From an uncultured Alphaproteobacteria bacterium (GTDB lineage: Bacteria; Pseudomonadota; Alphaproteobacteria; HIMB59; GCA-002718135), in NCBI GenBank assembly GCA_902582755.1, contig CACHSZ010000002.1:80151-144150 (forward strand): DNA of 64,000 nt. Direction: 5' to 3'. The notes beneath the pieces were generated by a model. That model made no database searches and was not told where the DNA came from. It saw only the letters and a program-made list of their open reading frames with translations. How positions within the stretch are numbered: position 1 is the stretch's first letter; each line of letters begins with the position of its first letter. Below are positions 27,203 to 36,315 of this stretch, piece after piece. The position numbers were made by a program, and so were the translations under genes.

Positions 27203-27422
27203 TGAGAATAATTAACACTATAAATTATTTTTTTTCAATTATTATTTTATTTAAAAAATCCGAAAAAATTAATTTTAATAATTAATTCATTGATGAGTAT
27301 TAAAAAATGTAATTATTGCCAATAAATATCATTATTTTAAAAAATTTTAGATCTTAAAAATATTGTATAAATTTCTATATCCGCTAGATTAAATTCATTA
27401 TTTAAACATATTGGGAGGAAAA

Positions 27423-28718
27423 ATGAATATTTTAAATTTTGTAATTAAGAAAATTTACCTAATTACTTTATCTTTTTTTCTATCATTTGGTTTTATATCA
27501 AGCAGCTATGCGATTGATATAACGATTTGGGATTTAAGTGGTAGAAATGGTCAGGATGAATTTTATGATAATCTTAACAAGGAATACAAAAAAATTAATC
27601 CTGATGTAAATATAATTTTACAAACATTTGAAAATGAAGCTTACAAAACTCAAATTCAAGTAGCCTTAAATGGTAATGATGGACCGGATGTATTTTTTAA
27701 CTGGTTTGGAGAAGATAGTGCTCGTTTAGCAAGAGCGGGATTAGCATTAGATATCACTCCTTACGCAAATGTTGAGGGTGGCTACGGTAATTACATAAGT
27801 GAAGGATTATCAAATACAACAGCTGTTAATGGTAAAATATATGGAGTTCCAAATACTTCAGTATCAAAATATTTTCACTATGACCCTGCTTTTTTTGAAG
27901 CAAATAGTTTGGAAGTTCCAAAAACATTTGATGATTTATTAAATCTTTGTAAAGACATCAGAGCAATTGATTCCTCAATTGTTCCATGGCCTCTAGGAAA
28001 CTCAGAAAGATGGAAGCTTAATCACGTTATAACTATGTTAAACCAAAGAGTTGTAGGTGAAGAAAATACTGCGGCAGATTATAACTTATCTGCATCAGAA
28101 GATGAGTTATTTACTAACCCAGCGTATGTTGAGGCTTGGCAAAAAGTTGTAGATCTGCAAGATGCAGGTTGTTTCCAAGATGCTCCAAACGCTACACATC
28201 CAGATCTAACAAGATCAATGTTTGCATCACAAATTTCACCAATGATTTATTGTGGTACATGGTGTGGAGGTATCTTTAATGGTGAAGGTTTTTCTGACTT
28301 TAGCTATTTTAGATTCCCAGAAGTAGTTGGTGGTGCTGGTGCAGCAACTGTAGGTTTCTTAGTTCCATCAGGTATGATGGTATCAGCAAAAACACCTCAT
28401 CCAGAAATTGCAGCACATGTTGCCTCGTTTATGGTTTCAGATGATATGGCATTGCAAGCAGCTGAACTAATGGGTTTCATGCCTTCTAATCCAACAAAAA
28501 TTGGCGAAATGAGTAATCCAACTCATTGGTTTAATTTTTATGTTAATGATATTGCAGACAAAACAGGTCATGTAAATGTTTTGGATGTTTTATTAGAAGC
28601 TAATGTTTCAAATGCTTATCTTGATATGGGTACTGAAATTCTAAATAGAACGAAGACTCCACAAGAAGCTATGGATTTTATTAGGCAGGTTGCTTTAGAA
28701 GCTAAAGCAGCGATGTAA
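27423..28718 (+). CDS. ABC transporter extracellular solute-binding protein, family 1 (CUT1 sugar type)
   Basis: Signal-peptide-like N-terminus ending SSSYA. About 430 aa, the size and composition of MalE/UgpB-type binding proteins. The track TTG at 27411 lies in the GGGAGGA Shine-Dalgarno; the ATG is at 27423. Confidence 0.85.
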   Translation: MNILNFVIKKIYLITLSFFLSFGFISSSYAIDITIWDLSGRNGQDEFYDNLNKEYKKINPDVNIILQTFENEAYKTQIQVALNGNDGPDVFFNWFGEDSARLARAGLALDITPYANVEGGYGNYISEGLSNTTAVNGKIYGVPNTSVSKYFHYDPAFFEANSLEVPKTFDDLLNLCKDIRAIDSSIVPWPLGNSERWKLNHVITMLNQRVVGEENTAADYNLSASEDELFTNPAYVEAWQKVVDLQDAGCFQDAPNATHPDLTRSMFASQISPMIYCGTWCGGIFNGEGFSDFSYFRFPEVVGGAGAATVGFLVPSGMMVSAKTPHPEIAAHVASFMVSDDMALQAAELMGFMPSNPTKIGEMSNPTHWFNFYVNDIADKTGHVNVLDVLLEANVSNAYLDMGTEILNRTKTPQEAMDFIRQVALEAKAAM

Positions 28719-28728
28719 ATATTTTATT

Positions 28729-28762
28729 AATTTCGGCTATTTCTTAATAGCCGAAATTTTTT
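28729..28762 (+). terminator. intra-operon hairpin/terminator after the binding-protein gene
   Basis: 13-bp stem AATTTCGGCTATT / AATAGCCGAAATT with loop tctt, running into a T-rich tract that ends at the permease ATG. Confidence 0.7.
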
Positions 28763-29668
28763 ATGAACAAAAATAATACACAAACAAATATTTTTTCTTT
28801 GTCAAATGACAAAGTATCAGCCACTATACTTCTTGTACCGGCTTTAATATTTTGTACGATTTTTATCTTTATTCCTGCCATTGGTACAATTGTAGGATCA
28901 TTTTATAGCTACAGCCTTACCTCAATGAACAATTGGAAATGGGTTGGCTTTGGGAATTACGTTCAAGCAACGCAGGATGAATATTTTTGGGTAGCGTTGA
29001 AAAATAACTTTATAATAGTTTTTGCTTCTATTGTTCTTCAGGTAGGTGTTGGAACAATTTTAGCAGCAATTCTTGATCGAGGAATAAAATATGGAAGGGT
29101 AATTTTTCGAACCATAATATTTACTCCAATGGTCATATCATCAGTTGCAGTGAGTTTAATTTGGTTAATAATCTATGACCCAAATGTTGGTATATTAAAT
29201 GCTATCTTTAAATCTATTGGTTTATCAACACCGTCTAAGGGGTGGTTAGGAGATCCTAATATTTCAATTTGGATGATAATGATAACAGCTGCATGGCAAA
29301 ATACAGGGTTTATGATGGTCTTAATTCTTGCTGGTCTGCAAGGAGTTTCTAAAGAGGTGTATGATGCAGCTGAAATAGATGGTGCAACTGGAGTTAAAGC
29401 TTTTTGGTATATTACGCTTCCAATGATTAGAAATGTTTTGATTGTTGCAATTTTGATAACAACCATAGGGGCATTTAAAGTTTTTGAATTTATTTTTGTA
29501 TTTACTCAAGGAGGGCCATCCAATGCAACTCAAGTTTTAGGTACTTACATTTATTTACAAGCATTCAATTTGCTACATATGGGATATGCTAATGCATTAT
29601 CCGTAATACTTCTTTTAATCGCATTATTTTTGGGATGGTTACAACTTAAATCCAGCAGGAAAGCTTAA
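28763..29668 (+). CDS. ABC sugar transporter permease (MalF/UgpA type)
   Basis: Six TM segments. EAA-loop region EVYDAAEIDGATGVKAFWYITLP. Confidence 0.88.
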   Translation: MNKNNTQTNIFSLSNDKVSATILLVPALIFCTIFIFIPAIGTIVGSFYSYSLTSMNNWKWVGFGNYVQATQDEYFWVALKNNFIIVFASIVLQVGVGTILAAILDRGIKYGRVIFRTIIFTPMVISSVAVSLIWLIIYDPNVGILNAIFKSIGLSTPSKGWLGDPNISIWMIMITAAWQNTGFMMVLILAGLQGVSKEVYDAAEIDGATGVKAFWYITLPMIRNVLIVAILITTIGAFKVFEFIFVFTQGGPSNATQVLGTYIYLQAFNLLHMGYANALSVILLLIALFLGWLQLKSSRKA

Positions 29669-30486
29669 TGAGTAGATTTAAAATAGCAAACATAATAGCT
29701 TATGGTTTTGTAACACTGTTTAGTATTTATGTTTTAATGCCAATTTTAGTAATGGTATTAACAACATTTAAATCTAAAAGAGAAATTTTTTTAGAACCTT
29801 TAGGATTGCCTGGTCAATTTGGCTTATCTTCATTTGAAAGAGCTCTAACTGTAGGGCTTGGCAGTTTCATGTTAAATTCTTTTATTGTATCTTTTTTTGC
29901 TGTTTTTTTAATTGTTACCATTTCAGGAATGGCAGCGTATGTACTATCAAGAATTGATTTTAAAATTAATAAATATGTTTATTTACTAATAGTAGCAGGT
30001 TTTGCAATTCCACCTGCTGCAGTGCTTGTTCCTTTATATACGATGGTTTCAAACTTAAATTTATTAAACAGTTTATTTGGGGTTATCATGCCTCTAACTG
30101 CATTTGGTATTCCTTTTACTGTTATACTTTTTTATGCTTTCTTTTTAGACTTTCCAAAAGAAGTAGAAGAGGCAGCTACTATTGATGGTTGTACAAAACT
30201 TCAAATTTTTTTTAGAATTATTGTACCTCTTTCTGGACCAGTCATTGCAAGTGCTGCAATCTTCCAAACTGTTTGGATTTGGAATGAATTTTTATTAGCA
30301 TTAATAATGCTAACTTCAGACGACTTCAAAACTTTGCCTATAGGTCTTTTAAAACTAAGAGGAGAGTGGGCATCTGATTGGGGGGCGATTATGGCAGGAC
30401 TTACAATAGCCGTAATTCCTGTGTTAATAGTATTCCTAATATTCCAAAAGTATTTTGTTAGATCATTGGCAGGGTTAGGAAAATAG
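29668..30486 (+). CDS. ABC sugar transporter permease (MalG/UgpE type)
   Basis: EAA loop EVEEAATIDGCTKLQIFFRIIVP. TAATG overlap with the preceding permease. Confidence 0.88.
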   Translation: MSRFKIANIIAYGFVTLFSIYVLMPILVMVLTTFKSKREIFLEPLGLPGQFGLSSFERALTVGLGSFMLNSFIVSFFAVFLIVTISGMAAYVLSRIDFKINKYVYLLIVAGFAIPPAAVLVPLYTMVSNLNLLNSLFGVIMPLTAFGIPFTVILFYAFFLDFPKEVEEAATIDGCTKLQIFFRIIVPLSGPVIASAAIFQTVWIWNEFLLALIMLTSDDFKTLPIGLLKLRGEWASDWGAIMAGLTIAVIPVLIVFLIFQKYFVRSLAGLGK

Positions 30487-30500
30487 TATAGGTTTATTTT

Positions 30501-30779
30501 ATGGCAAAAAGACAAAAGGTTTTAGTTCTCTATTTAAAGTTTCCTAGTTTAGAGGCTGAAGTCATTTCTTGGGCTACTTTTGATGGTACAGGAAAAAAAC
30601 TACATATGACTGGTGATAGTGATGAGCCCCCTTATCCAACAGGTCTTGATGCACTATTAGATGGTTGGAGATTATTTCAATCGAGCCAAGCTATTCCAGA
30701 ATATCCAGGTCAAGAATTTAGAACATCATATTTAAAACATGAGTTCTTTTTTGAAAAATTAGAAGAAGGAGATTTTTAG
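30501..30779 (+). CDS. hypothetical 92-aa protein
   Basis: ORF packed between the permease (14-nt gap) and the dioxygenase (1-nt gap). Non-repetitive, mixed composition. No domain recognised. Confidence 0.5.
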   Translation: MAKRQKVLVLYLKFPSLEAEVISWATFDGTGKKLHMTGDSDEPPYPTGLDALLDGWRLFQSSQAIPEYPGQEFRTSYLKHEFFFEKLEEGDF

Positions 30780-30780
30780 T

Positions 30781-31701
30781 ATGCCAAAATTATTAACTAC
30801 AGAACAAATGGCAGAATTTGCCAGCAGTGGATGTCTATTTTTTGAGGAACTAATTGATGAACAAACTAATAAAGAATTTTTAGACGATATTGGTCATACC
30901 AGTGTAGAAAATGTTGAGAGTGTTCAAACATATTTTGATAATATAAAGTCAACTAGCAGCATTCCAAGAATACCAGCTGGAACTCCACTTAAAGACTCGT
31001 ATCCTAAGAATTCACCTCTTGAAAAAATTTTAAAAAATGAGGTTGTAGATGGAGCAATAAAAAGCTTAGTTGGATCTAATCCACTTGTAGATCACCAGGC
31101 TCTTCATTTAACTTTTCCAACTAAATATTTCAAAGGAGCCAATCAAAGACAAATGTCTCAACAAAATCATCAGGATAGCACTATTGATCCAAGATCTACA
31201 TTTGACATTCAGGTTTTCTATTTTCCAACCGAGGTAACAAAAGAAATGGGAGGTACAAGATATCATCCTGGAACTCATTTACGAGTTGTTAATGAGTTTG
31301 GTATTGCAAAATATCAGAATATTAAAGGCCAAAAGAGTATTGTTTGTAAACCAGGCACAGTTGGAATATTTCATAACGGATTGTGGCATGGCGCAGGTGT
31401 GAATTTCTCTGAAGAAATTAGATATATGTTTAAAGTAAGGTTACAACCAACAGAGAAACAAGAATTATTATGGGATCCAGAAAAAAAATATCAGCCCTTA
31501 CCAAATAGAGCACTTTATTGGTCTGATGAAGTTAAGGAAGTAACCATCAATGATATTTTAATGAGGTCCTATCCTTGGCAAGAAGCAGATACAAATAGAC
31601 TTGATAAAATAAATGTTGTCAAGTTTTGGAGGTTATTAACTGGTCACAAGAAAATGGATGTTGACTATTGGCTTACAAGAATTGAAAACGAATTATATTA
31701 A
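30781..31701 (+). CDS. PhyH-like Fe(II)/2-oxoglutarate dioxygenase (divergent)
   Basis: LTTEQMAEFASSGCLFF N-terminus, HxD in NHQDSTID, GGTRYHPGTH, and distal His in GLWHGAGVN. Confidence 0.7.
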   Translation: MPKLLTTEQMAEFASSGCLFFEELIDEQTNKEFLDDIGHTSVENVESVQTYFDNIKSTSSIPRIPAGTPLKDSYPKNSPLEKILKNEVVDGAIKSLVGSNPLVDHQALHLTFPTKYFKGANQRQMSQQNHQDSTIDPRSTFDIQVFYFPTEVTKEMGGTRYHPGTHLRVVNEFGIAKYQNIKGQKSIVCKPGTVGIFHNGLWHGAGVNFSEEIRYMFKVRLQPTEKQELLWDPEKKYQPLPNRALYWSDEVKEVTINDILMRSYPWQEADTNRLDKINVVKFWRLLTGHKKMDVDYWLTRIENELY

Positions 31702-33206
31702 TTGAAATTTCTTTCATCACCTTTAAATGGAACAACATCACATGTTTCTTGGTACCATGAAAGCATTTTTTCTTTTAAGTTTTTAAGCTCTAATGCATAT
31801 TGTGGATCGTCAATAACATTATTAATTTCTCCAGGATCTTCAATTAAATTATAAAGTTCATCTTTTTCGTAAGCTCTTTTTATATATTTAAATTTTTTAT
31901 TTCTGCACATTGTTGCTTTGGTGTGCATTAAAATTTCATCCTCTTTACTTTGTAAGTTTACTCTTGGAAAATATAAGCCATGGGGTAAATTTAAACTTTG
32001 ACTTTCATTTGCTTGTCTCTCTAATCTAAGCCTGCCACCTTCTGTAAATACTTCTTCTCTATGATTATCAGTTTTCTGTTCTATAAAATTTTTAATACTT
32101 TTGCCAAAATGCCAATATGAAGGATTGATATTACTGTAATCATATATTGTCCCAGCAATATCAATTAATTCTATCATTGTGTCACTTATACCATTTAATG
32201 TATTTTTACTTTTTGGTGGTTTAATTACAAGAGGTACATTCGTAAGACAATCCTGAAAAGTATTTTGTGTTTTTTCCACCAAATTGTAATCACCTGTAAA
32301 GTCACCATGATCAGATAAAAAAATTATTAAAGTATCGTCATACAAATTACTTTCTTTAAGTTGATTGACTAAAAGTCCAAATTGATAGTCTACTCTTGAA
32401 CACATACCAAGATATACCGCTCGCAATTCATTCCAACGTTCATCAGTCCAATCTTGCATTCTTTGTCCATCCATTATTCCTTTTAAAAGACTTGGCTTGT
32501 CCTCCCATGTTTTGTATTGATATCTGTTAGGTATCAAATTTCTATCAATTGAAGAGAACCATGGATCCTCAACACAGTAAGGGGGATGCGGATAACCAAG
32601 TGGTAGAAATAAACAGAATGGTTTTTCTTTTTTATAATCTTTTATGAAATCTAATGCTCCATAAACCATGGACCAATCATCATCAAAATAAATATCCTTA
32701 TCTTTTTTATCTAATTTTCCTTTAAAGAAACTATAATAATTATCTCCATCTTTAGGCCCTCTCCATGATAGATCTCCACCATGTGTACCTGGTTGTTGAG
32801 TGTAATTCCATTTTTTAAAATCTCTATCAGTTGGTTCAAAATAAATATCACAATGATTACGATATCCTTCCTGACCTGCTATTAAATCATTTTTTCCACC
32901 CCACCAAATAAAGAAATCATCATCTTTTAGCTCTGATAAAATACTAGAGTCACCCTGATCTGTATGTAACATATAATGCATTGTTCTATGACCATGAACA
33001 TGTGGATACCATCCAGTCATAAATGAACAACGACTTGGTGTACAAACTGTTGCTTGGCAAAAAGCATTCTTAAATGCAATTGCATCTTCTTTAATAATAT
33101 TATCTAAATTAGGAGTTTTTGCACCTGGATATTCTAGATATCCGAGCATATCTCCTCTCCACTGATCGGGGTTAAAAATAACAATATTCGGTTTTTTCTG
33201 GTTCAT
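31698..33206 (-). CDS. Cys-type sulfatase (S1 / alkaline-phosphatase superfamily), no signal peptide
   Basis: Formylglycine motif CTPSRCSFMTGWYP. Metal ligands are present in NPDQWRGD and LSDHGDF. The catalytic fold starts at about residue 6 (PNIVIFNPDQ). Confidence 0.88.
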   Translation of the reverse strand: MNQKKPNIVIFNPDQWRGDMLGYLEYPGAKTPNLDNIIKEDAIAFKNAFCQATVCTPSRCSFMTGWYPHVHGHRTMHYMLHTDQGDSSILSELKDDDFFIWWGGKNDLIAGQEGYRNHCDIYFEPTDRDFKKWNYTQQPGTHGGDLSWRGPKDGDNYYSFFKGKLDKKDKDIYFDDDWSMVYGALDFIKDYKKEKPFCLFLPLGYPHPPYCVEDPWFSSIDRNLIPNRYQYKTWEDKPSLLKGIMDGQRMQDWTDERWNELRAVYLGMCSRVDYQFGLLVNQLKESNLYDDTLIIFLSDHGDFTGDYNLVEKTQNTFQDCLTNVPLVIKPPKSKNTLNGISDTMIELIDIAGTIYDYSNINPSYWHFGKSIKNFIEQKTDNHREEVFTEGGRLRLERQANESQSLNLPHGLYFPRVNLQSKEDEILMHTKATMCRNKKFKYIKRAYEKDELYNLIEDPGEINNVIDDPQYALELKNLKEKMLSWYQETCDVVPFKGDERNFN

Positions 33207-33286
33207 GTATCCCTAAAATTCAGTTGACAATTTACCAGAAAAATTCATGTTAAAACAATAATATTAACAAATTTCTGGGAGGAAAA

Positions 33287-34537
33287 ATGAGATTAATAAA
33301 ATTATTTTTAAGTGTCATTTTTTTGTTAGGGATATCATTTAACGCCAATGCAGTAACAATCAAATGGCTTGGATTGGCACAAGATGACTCTGCGCATAAA
33401 GAAGACATTGATGCAGCAATTGCTGATTGGGAAGCAAAAACTGGCCATGAAGTTAAGTGGCAGTATATGGCTGGTCCAGACTTAAAACTAAAATTACCTA
33501 CAATGTTGCAAAGTGACGATGCTCCACATTTATTTTACAGTTGGGGTGGAGGAGTTATGTTTGATCAAGCTGATGCTGGATTTTTACAAGACATTTCTGC
33601 TTTAGTTCCAGATAGTTATTTAGAAAATTTAAGTCCTGCAGCAGCAGATGCTTTTACATACAAAGGTGAAAGAGTTGGTCTGCCAAATTTATTTAACCAA
33701 GTAGTATTTTGGTACAACAAAGATTTAACTGAAAAAGCAGGAGTTGATCCTTCAAAGGTTGTTATGTGGAACGATCTTCTAGAAGTAGTAAAAGATATAA
33801 AAGATGCTGGCATAACACCAATTTGTGTTGGTGGTAAAAATAAATGGCCTATTCATTTCTATTGGACACTACTCCATGTAAGAAATGGAGGCAAGGCAGC
33901 TTTCTTTGACGCTTTAGAAAATGGCGGATGGGATAGAGAAGAATACATTAAATCTGGATATGAATTCCAACAGCTTGTTGACCTTGAGCCTTTTCAAGAT
34001 GGTTTTATGGCAGTTGAATATGGTGATGCTTCAGCAGCATTTGGTAATGGAGAGTGTGCTCTTCACCTAATGGGAAGTTGGGATTACAATGGTGCTAAAA
34101 GAAGAAGTACTTCTGGGGAAGGAATTCCTGATGATAGAATGGGAACATTCCAATTTCCTATGACTGAAAATGGAAAAGGAAATCCTTCAGATACACTTGG
34201 TGGAATTAATGGATGGTTAGTTTCTAAAAATGCACCAAAAGAAGCAGTCGATTTCTTAATGCATTATATCTCAATGAAATATCAATCAATGGGAGCAAAA
34301 AGTGGAGCGTATATGCCTATTTATAAAGGAGCTGAAACAGAAATGGGTAACAGATTCTTTAAACAGCAAGCGCTTAATGTTGCAAACTCAACCTTCCATT
34401 CTATTTTCTGGGATCAATATCTTGGAAGAGATATTGGTGAGGTTGTAAACGATGTTTCAGTTGAACTAGCAACTAAAGACATCACTCCAGAAGAAGCTTG
34501 TCAAAGAGTACAAGAGGCTTGGGAGTTTAATCAATAA
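33287..34537 (+). CDS. ABC transporter extracellular solute-binding protein, family 1 (CUT1 sugar type)
   Basis: Signal peptide MRLIKLFLSVIFLLGISFNANA. 416 aa. GGGAGGA Shine-Dalgarno upstream. Confidence 0.85.
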   Translation: MRLIKLFLSVIFLLGISFNANAVTIKWLGLAQDDSAHKEDIDAAIADWEAKTGHEVKWQYMAGPDLKLKLPTMLQSDDAPHLFYSWGGGVMFDQADAGFLQDISALVPDSYLENLSPAAADAFTYKGERVGLPNLFNQVVFWYNKDLTEKAGVDPSKVVMWNDLLEVVKDIKDAGITPICVGGKNKWPIHFYWTLLHVRNGGKAAFFDALENGGWDREEYIKSGYEFQQLVDLEPFQDGFMAVEYGDASAAFGNGECALHLMGSWDYNGAKRRSTSGEGIPDDRMGTFQFPMTENGKGNPSDTLGGINGWLVSKNAPKEAVDFLMHYISMKYQSMGAKSGAYMPIYKGAETEMGNRFFKQQALNVANSTFHSIFWDQYLGRDIGEVVNDVSVELATKDITPEEACQRVQEAWEFNQ

Positions 34538-34546
34538 ATATCAATT

Positions 34547-34572
34547 AGAGGGGCAAATAATTTTGCCCCTCT
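34547..34572 (+). terminator. GC-rich hairpin after the binding-protein gene (attenuator or mRNA stabiliser; T-run displaced)
   Basis: 11-bp stem AGAGGGGCAAA-taat-TTTGCCCCTCT. The nearest T-run starts about 12 nt downstream, so it is not a textbook terminator. Confidence 0.5.
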
Positions 34573-34594
34573 CTATAAAAGTTATTTTTTTTGA

Positions 34595-35491
34595 ATGATA
34601 AAGAAAAACATCACATCTGCATTTGTTGAAAAATATTCCACAATAATCATTTTTTTAGTTCCAGCATTAACTTTATTTACTGTTTTTGTTGTTATGCCAA
34701 TTTTTGAAGCAGCTTATTTTAGTTTCTATCGGTGGAATGGAATGGGACCACCAGAAAAATATGTTGGATTTAAAAATTATGCTTTTTTATTTAAAAACGG
34801 AATTTTTTTAAATGCTCTGAAAAATAATTTTTGGATTATTTTTGTCTCACTCTTTATCCAATTACCCTTTGCGTTATTTCTAGCTCTTTTTTTAGCAAAT
34901 AATTTTAGGGGAGCAGCTATATTTAGAAGTTTATTTTTCTTACCATATATTTTAGCTGAAATTGTTGCCAGTTTGATTTGGGTTTATATTTACAAAGGAG
35001 ATTATGGATTAGTTGGTGCAATTTGGGGTTTGTTTGGAGCTGATGCGCCTTGGATTACTGCAGATAAAGAGTGGGCATTGACAGCTATACTAATAGTTGT
35101 CGTTTGGAAATATTTTGGAATACATATGATGATTATGATTTCAGGTCTTCAAGGTATATCTAAAGAAGTAATTGAAGCTGCAAAAATTGATGGTGCTGGA
35201 CCAGTAACAACTGCTTTAAGAATAAAAATTCCGATTTTGTGGCCAACAATTACTCTATCTATATTTCTTTCAACGCTCGGAAGTTTACAGCTATTTGATT
35301 TAATTATGCCTTTAACAATGGGAGGTCCATCAAATGTTACTCACTCAATGGTTACTTATTTGTACGATTTTGGTGTTGGAAGAATGAGACTTGGTTTTGG
35401 AAGTGCCATTAGTGTGGTAATTTTTATAATATGTTTTGTTGTTGCTTTAATTTATCAAACAACAATTTTAAAAGATAAAGGATATAACTAA
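34595..35491 (+). CDS. ABC sugar transporter permease (MalF/UgpA type)
   Basis: EAA loop EVIEAAKIDGAGPVTTALRIKIP. Six TM segments. Confidence 0.88.
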   Translation: MIKKNITSAFVEKYSTIIIFLVPALTLFTVFVVMPIFEAAYFSFYRWNGMGPPEKYVGFKNYAFLFKNGIFLNALKNNFWIIFVSLFIQLPFALFLALFLANNFRGAAIFRSLFFLPYILAEIVASLIWVYIYKGDYGLVGAIWGLFGADAPWITADKEWALTAILIVVVWKYFGIHMMIMISGLQGISKEVIEAAKIDGAGPVTTALRIKIPILWPTITLSIFLSTLGSLQLFDLIMPLTMGGPSNVTHSMVTYLYDFGVGRMRLGFGSAISVVIFIICFVVALIYQTTILKDKGYN

Positions 35492-36315
35492 TGCAATCAA
35501 AATTATCAAAATTTTATATGTATCTTTTCTTAACTTTCTTAGCAGGAATAATTTTAGTACCTTTATACTTAACTTTTATAAGTAGCTTTAAAACTTTAGG
35601 TGATTTAAGTTCTAATGTTATTGGATTGCCAAGAGAGTGGATTTTATCAAATTATACAGATGTTTTTGGTATGGAATATTTTTGGTCATTTGCCTGGAAT
35701 TCACTTGTATACGGAGTCTTAACAACAGTGTTAACTTTAATTTGTGCATCTATGGCAGCATTCGTATTCGCTCATATTAGATTTTTTGGAAATAGATTTT
35801 TATTTAATTATTTGTTGATTGGGTTAATGTTCCCTTTTGCCTCTGCAATCATTCCTTTATTTCTAAAGGTAAGAGATTTTGGATTACTTGGAACTTATTG
35901 GGCAGTAGTTTTACCTCAAATTGCATTTGGTCTTGGTTTTGCTATTTTACTTTTTAGAGGTTTTTTCAAACAAATACCACCAGAATTATTTGATGCCGCA
36001 TACGTTGATGGTTGTAATTATTCAAATTTCTTTTTCCGAATAACTATCCCGCTATCTGTTCCAATTTTCTCTACTGTAGCAGTTGTAACTTTTGTAACAA
36101 GCTGGAATAATTATCTACTTCCATTAATTATGGTTAGTAATGAGGAGTTATACCCTTGGCCTATGGGTATAATGTTTTTTAGAGGTGAGTATGACACAGA
36201 TTGGTCAATGGTTCTAACTTACGTTTCTTTAACATTGATACCTGCAATAGTATTTTTTCTTTTAGCTCAAAAATACATCATTGCTGGACTTACTGGTGGA
36301 GCAGTAAAAGAGTAA
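35491..36315 (+). CDS. ABC sugar transporter permease (MalG/UgpE type)
   Basis: EAA loop ELFDAAYVDGCNYSNFFFRITIP. TAATG overlap upstream. Confidence 0.88.
   Translation: MQSKLSKFYMYLFLTFLAGIILVPLYLTFISSFKTLGDLSSNVIGLPREWILSNYTDVFGMEYFWSFAWNSLVYGVLTTVLTLICASMAAFVFAHIRFFGNRFLFNYLLIGLMFPFASAIIPLFLKVRDFGLLGTYWAVVLPQIAFGLGFAILLFRGFFKQIPPELFDAAYVDGCNYSNFFFRITIPLSVPIFSTVAVVTFVTSWNNYLLPLIMVSNEELYPWPMGIMFFRGEYDTDWSMVLTYVSLTLIPAIVFFLLAQKYIIAGLTGGAVKE

Noticed and set aside
27203-27410. The largest intergenic region (208 nt), considered as a possible ncRNA or riboswitch.
   Set aside because: It is almost pure A/T with no G-C-supported stems or conserved-looking blocks. The only ORF is a 10-codon chance frame. 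It is most simply a promoter/UP-element-type spacer.
33229-33262. A TTGACA hexamer in the sulfatase/binding-protein divergent spacer as a -35 box.
   Set aside because: No acceptable -10 hexamer lies at 16-19 nt spacing, so a promoter call cannot be supported from sequence alone.
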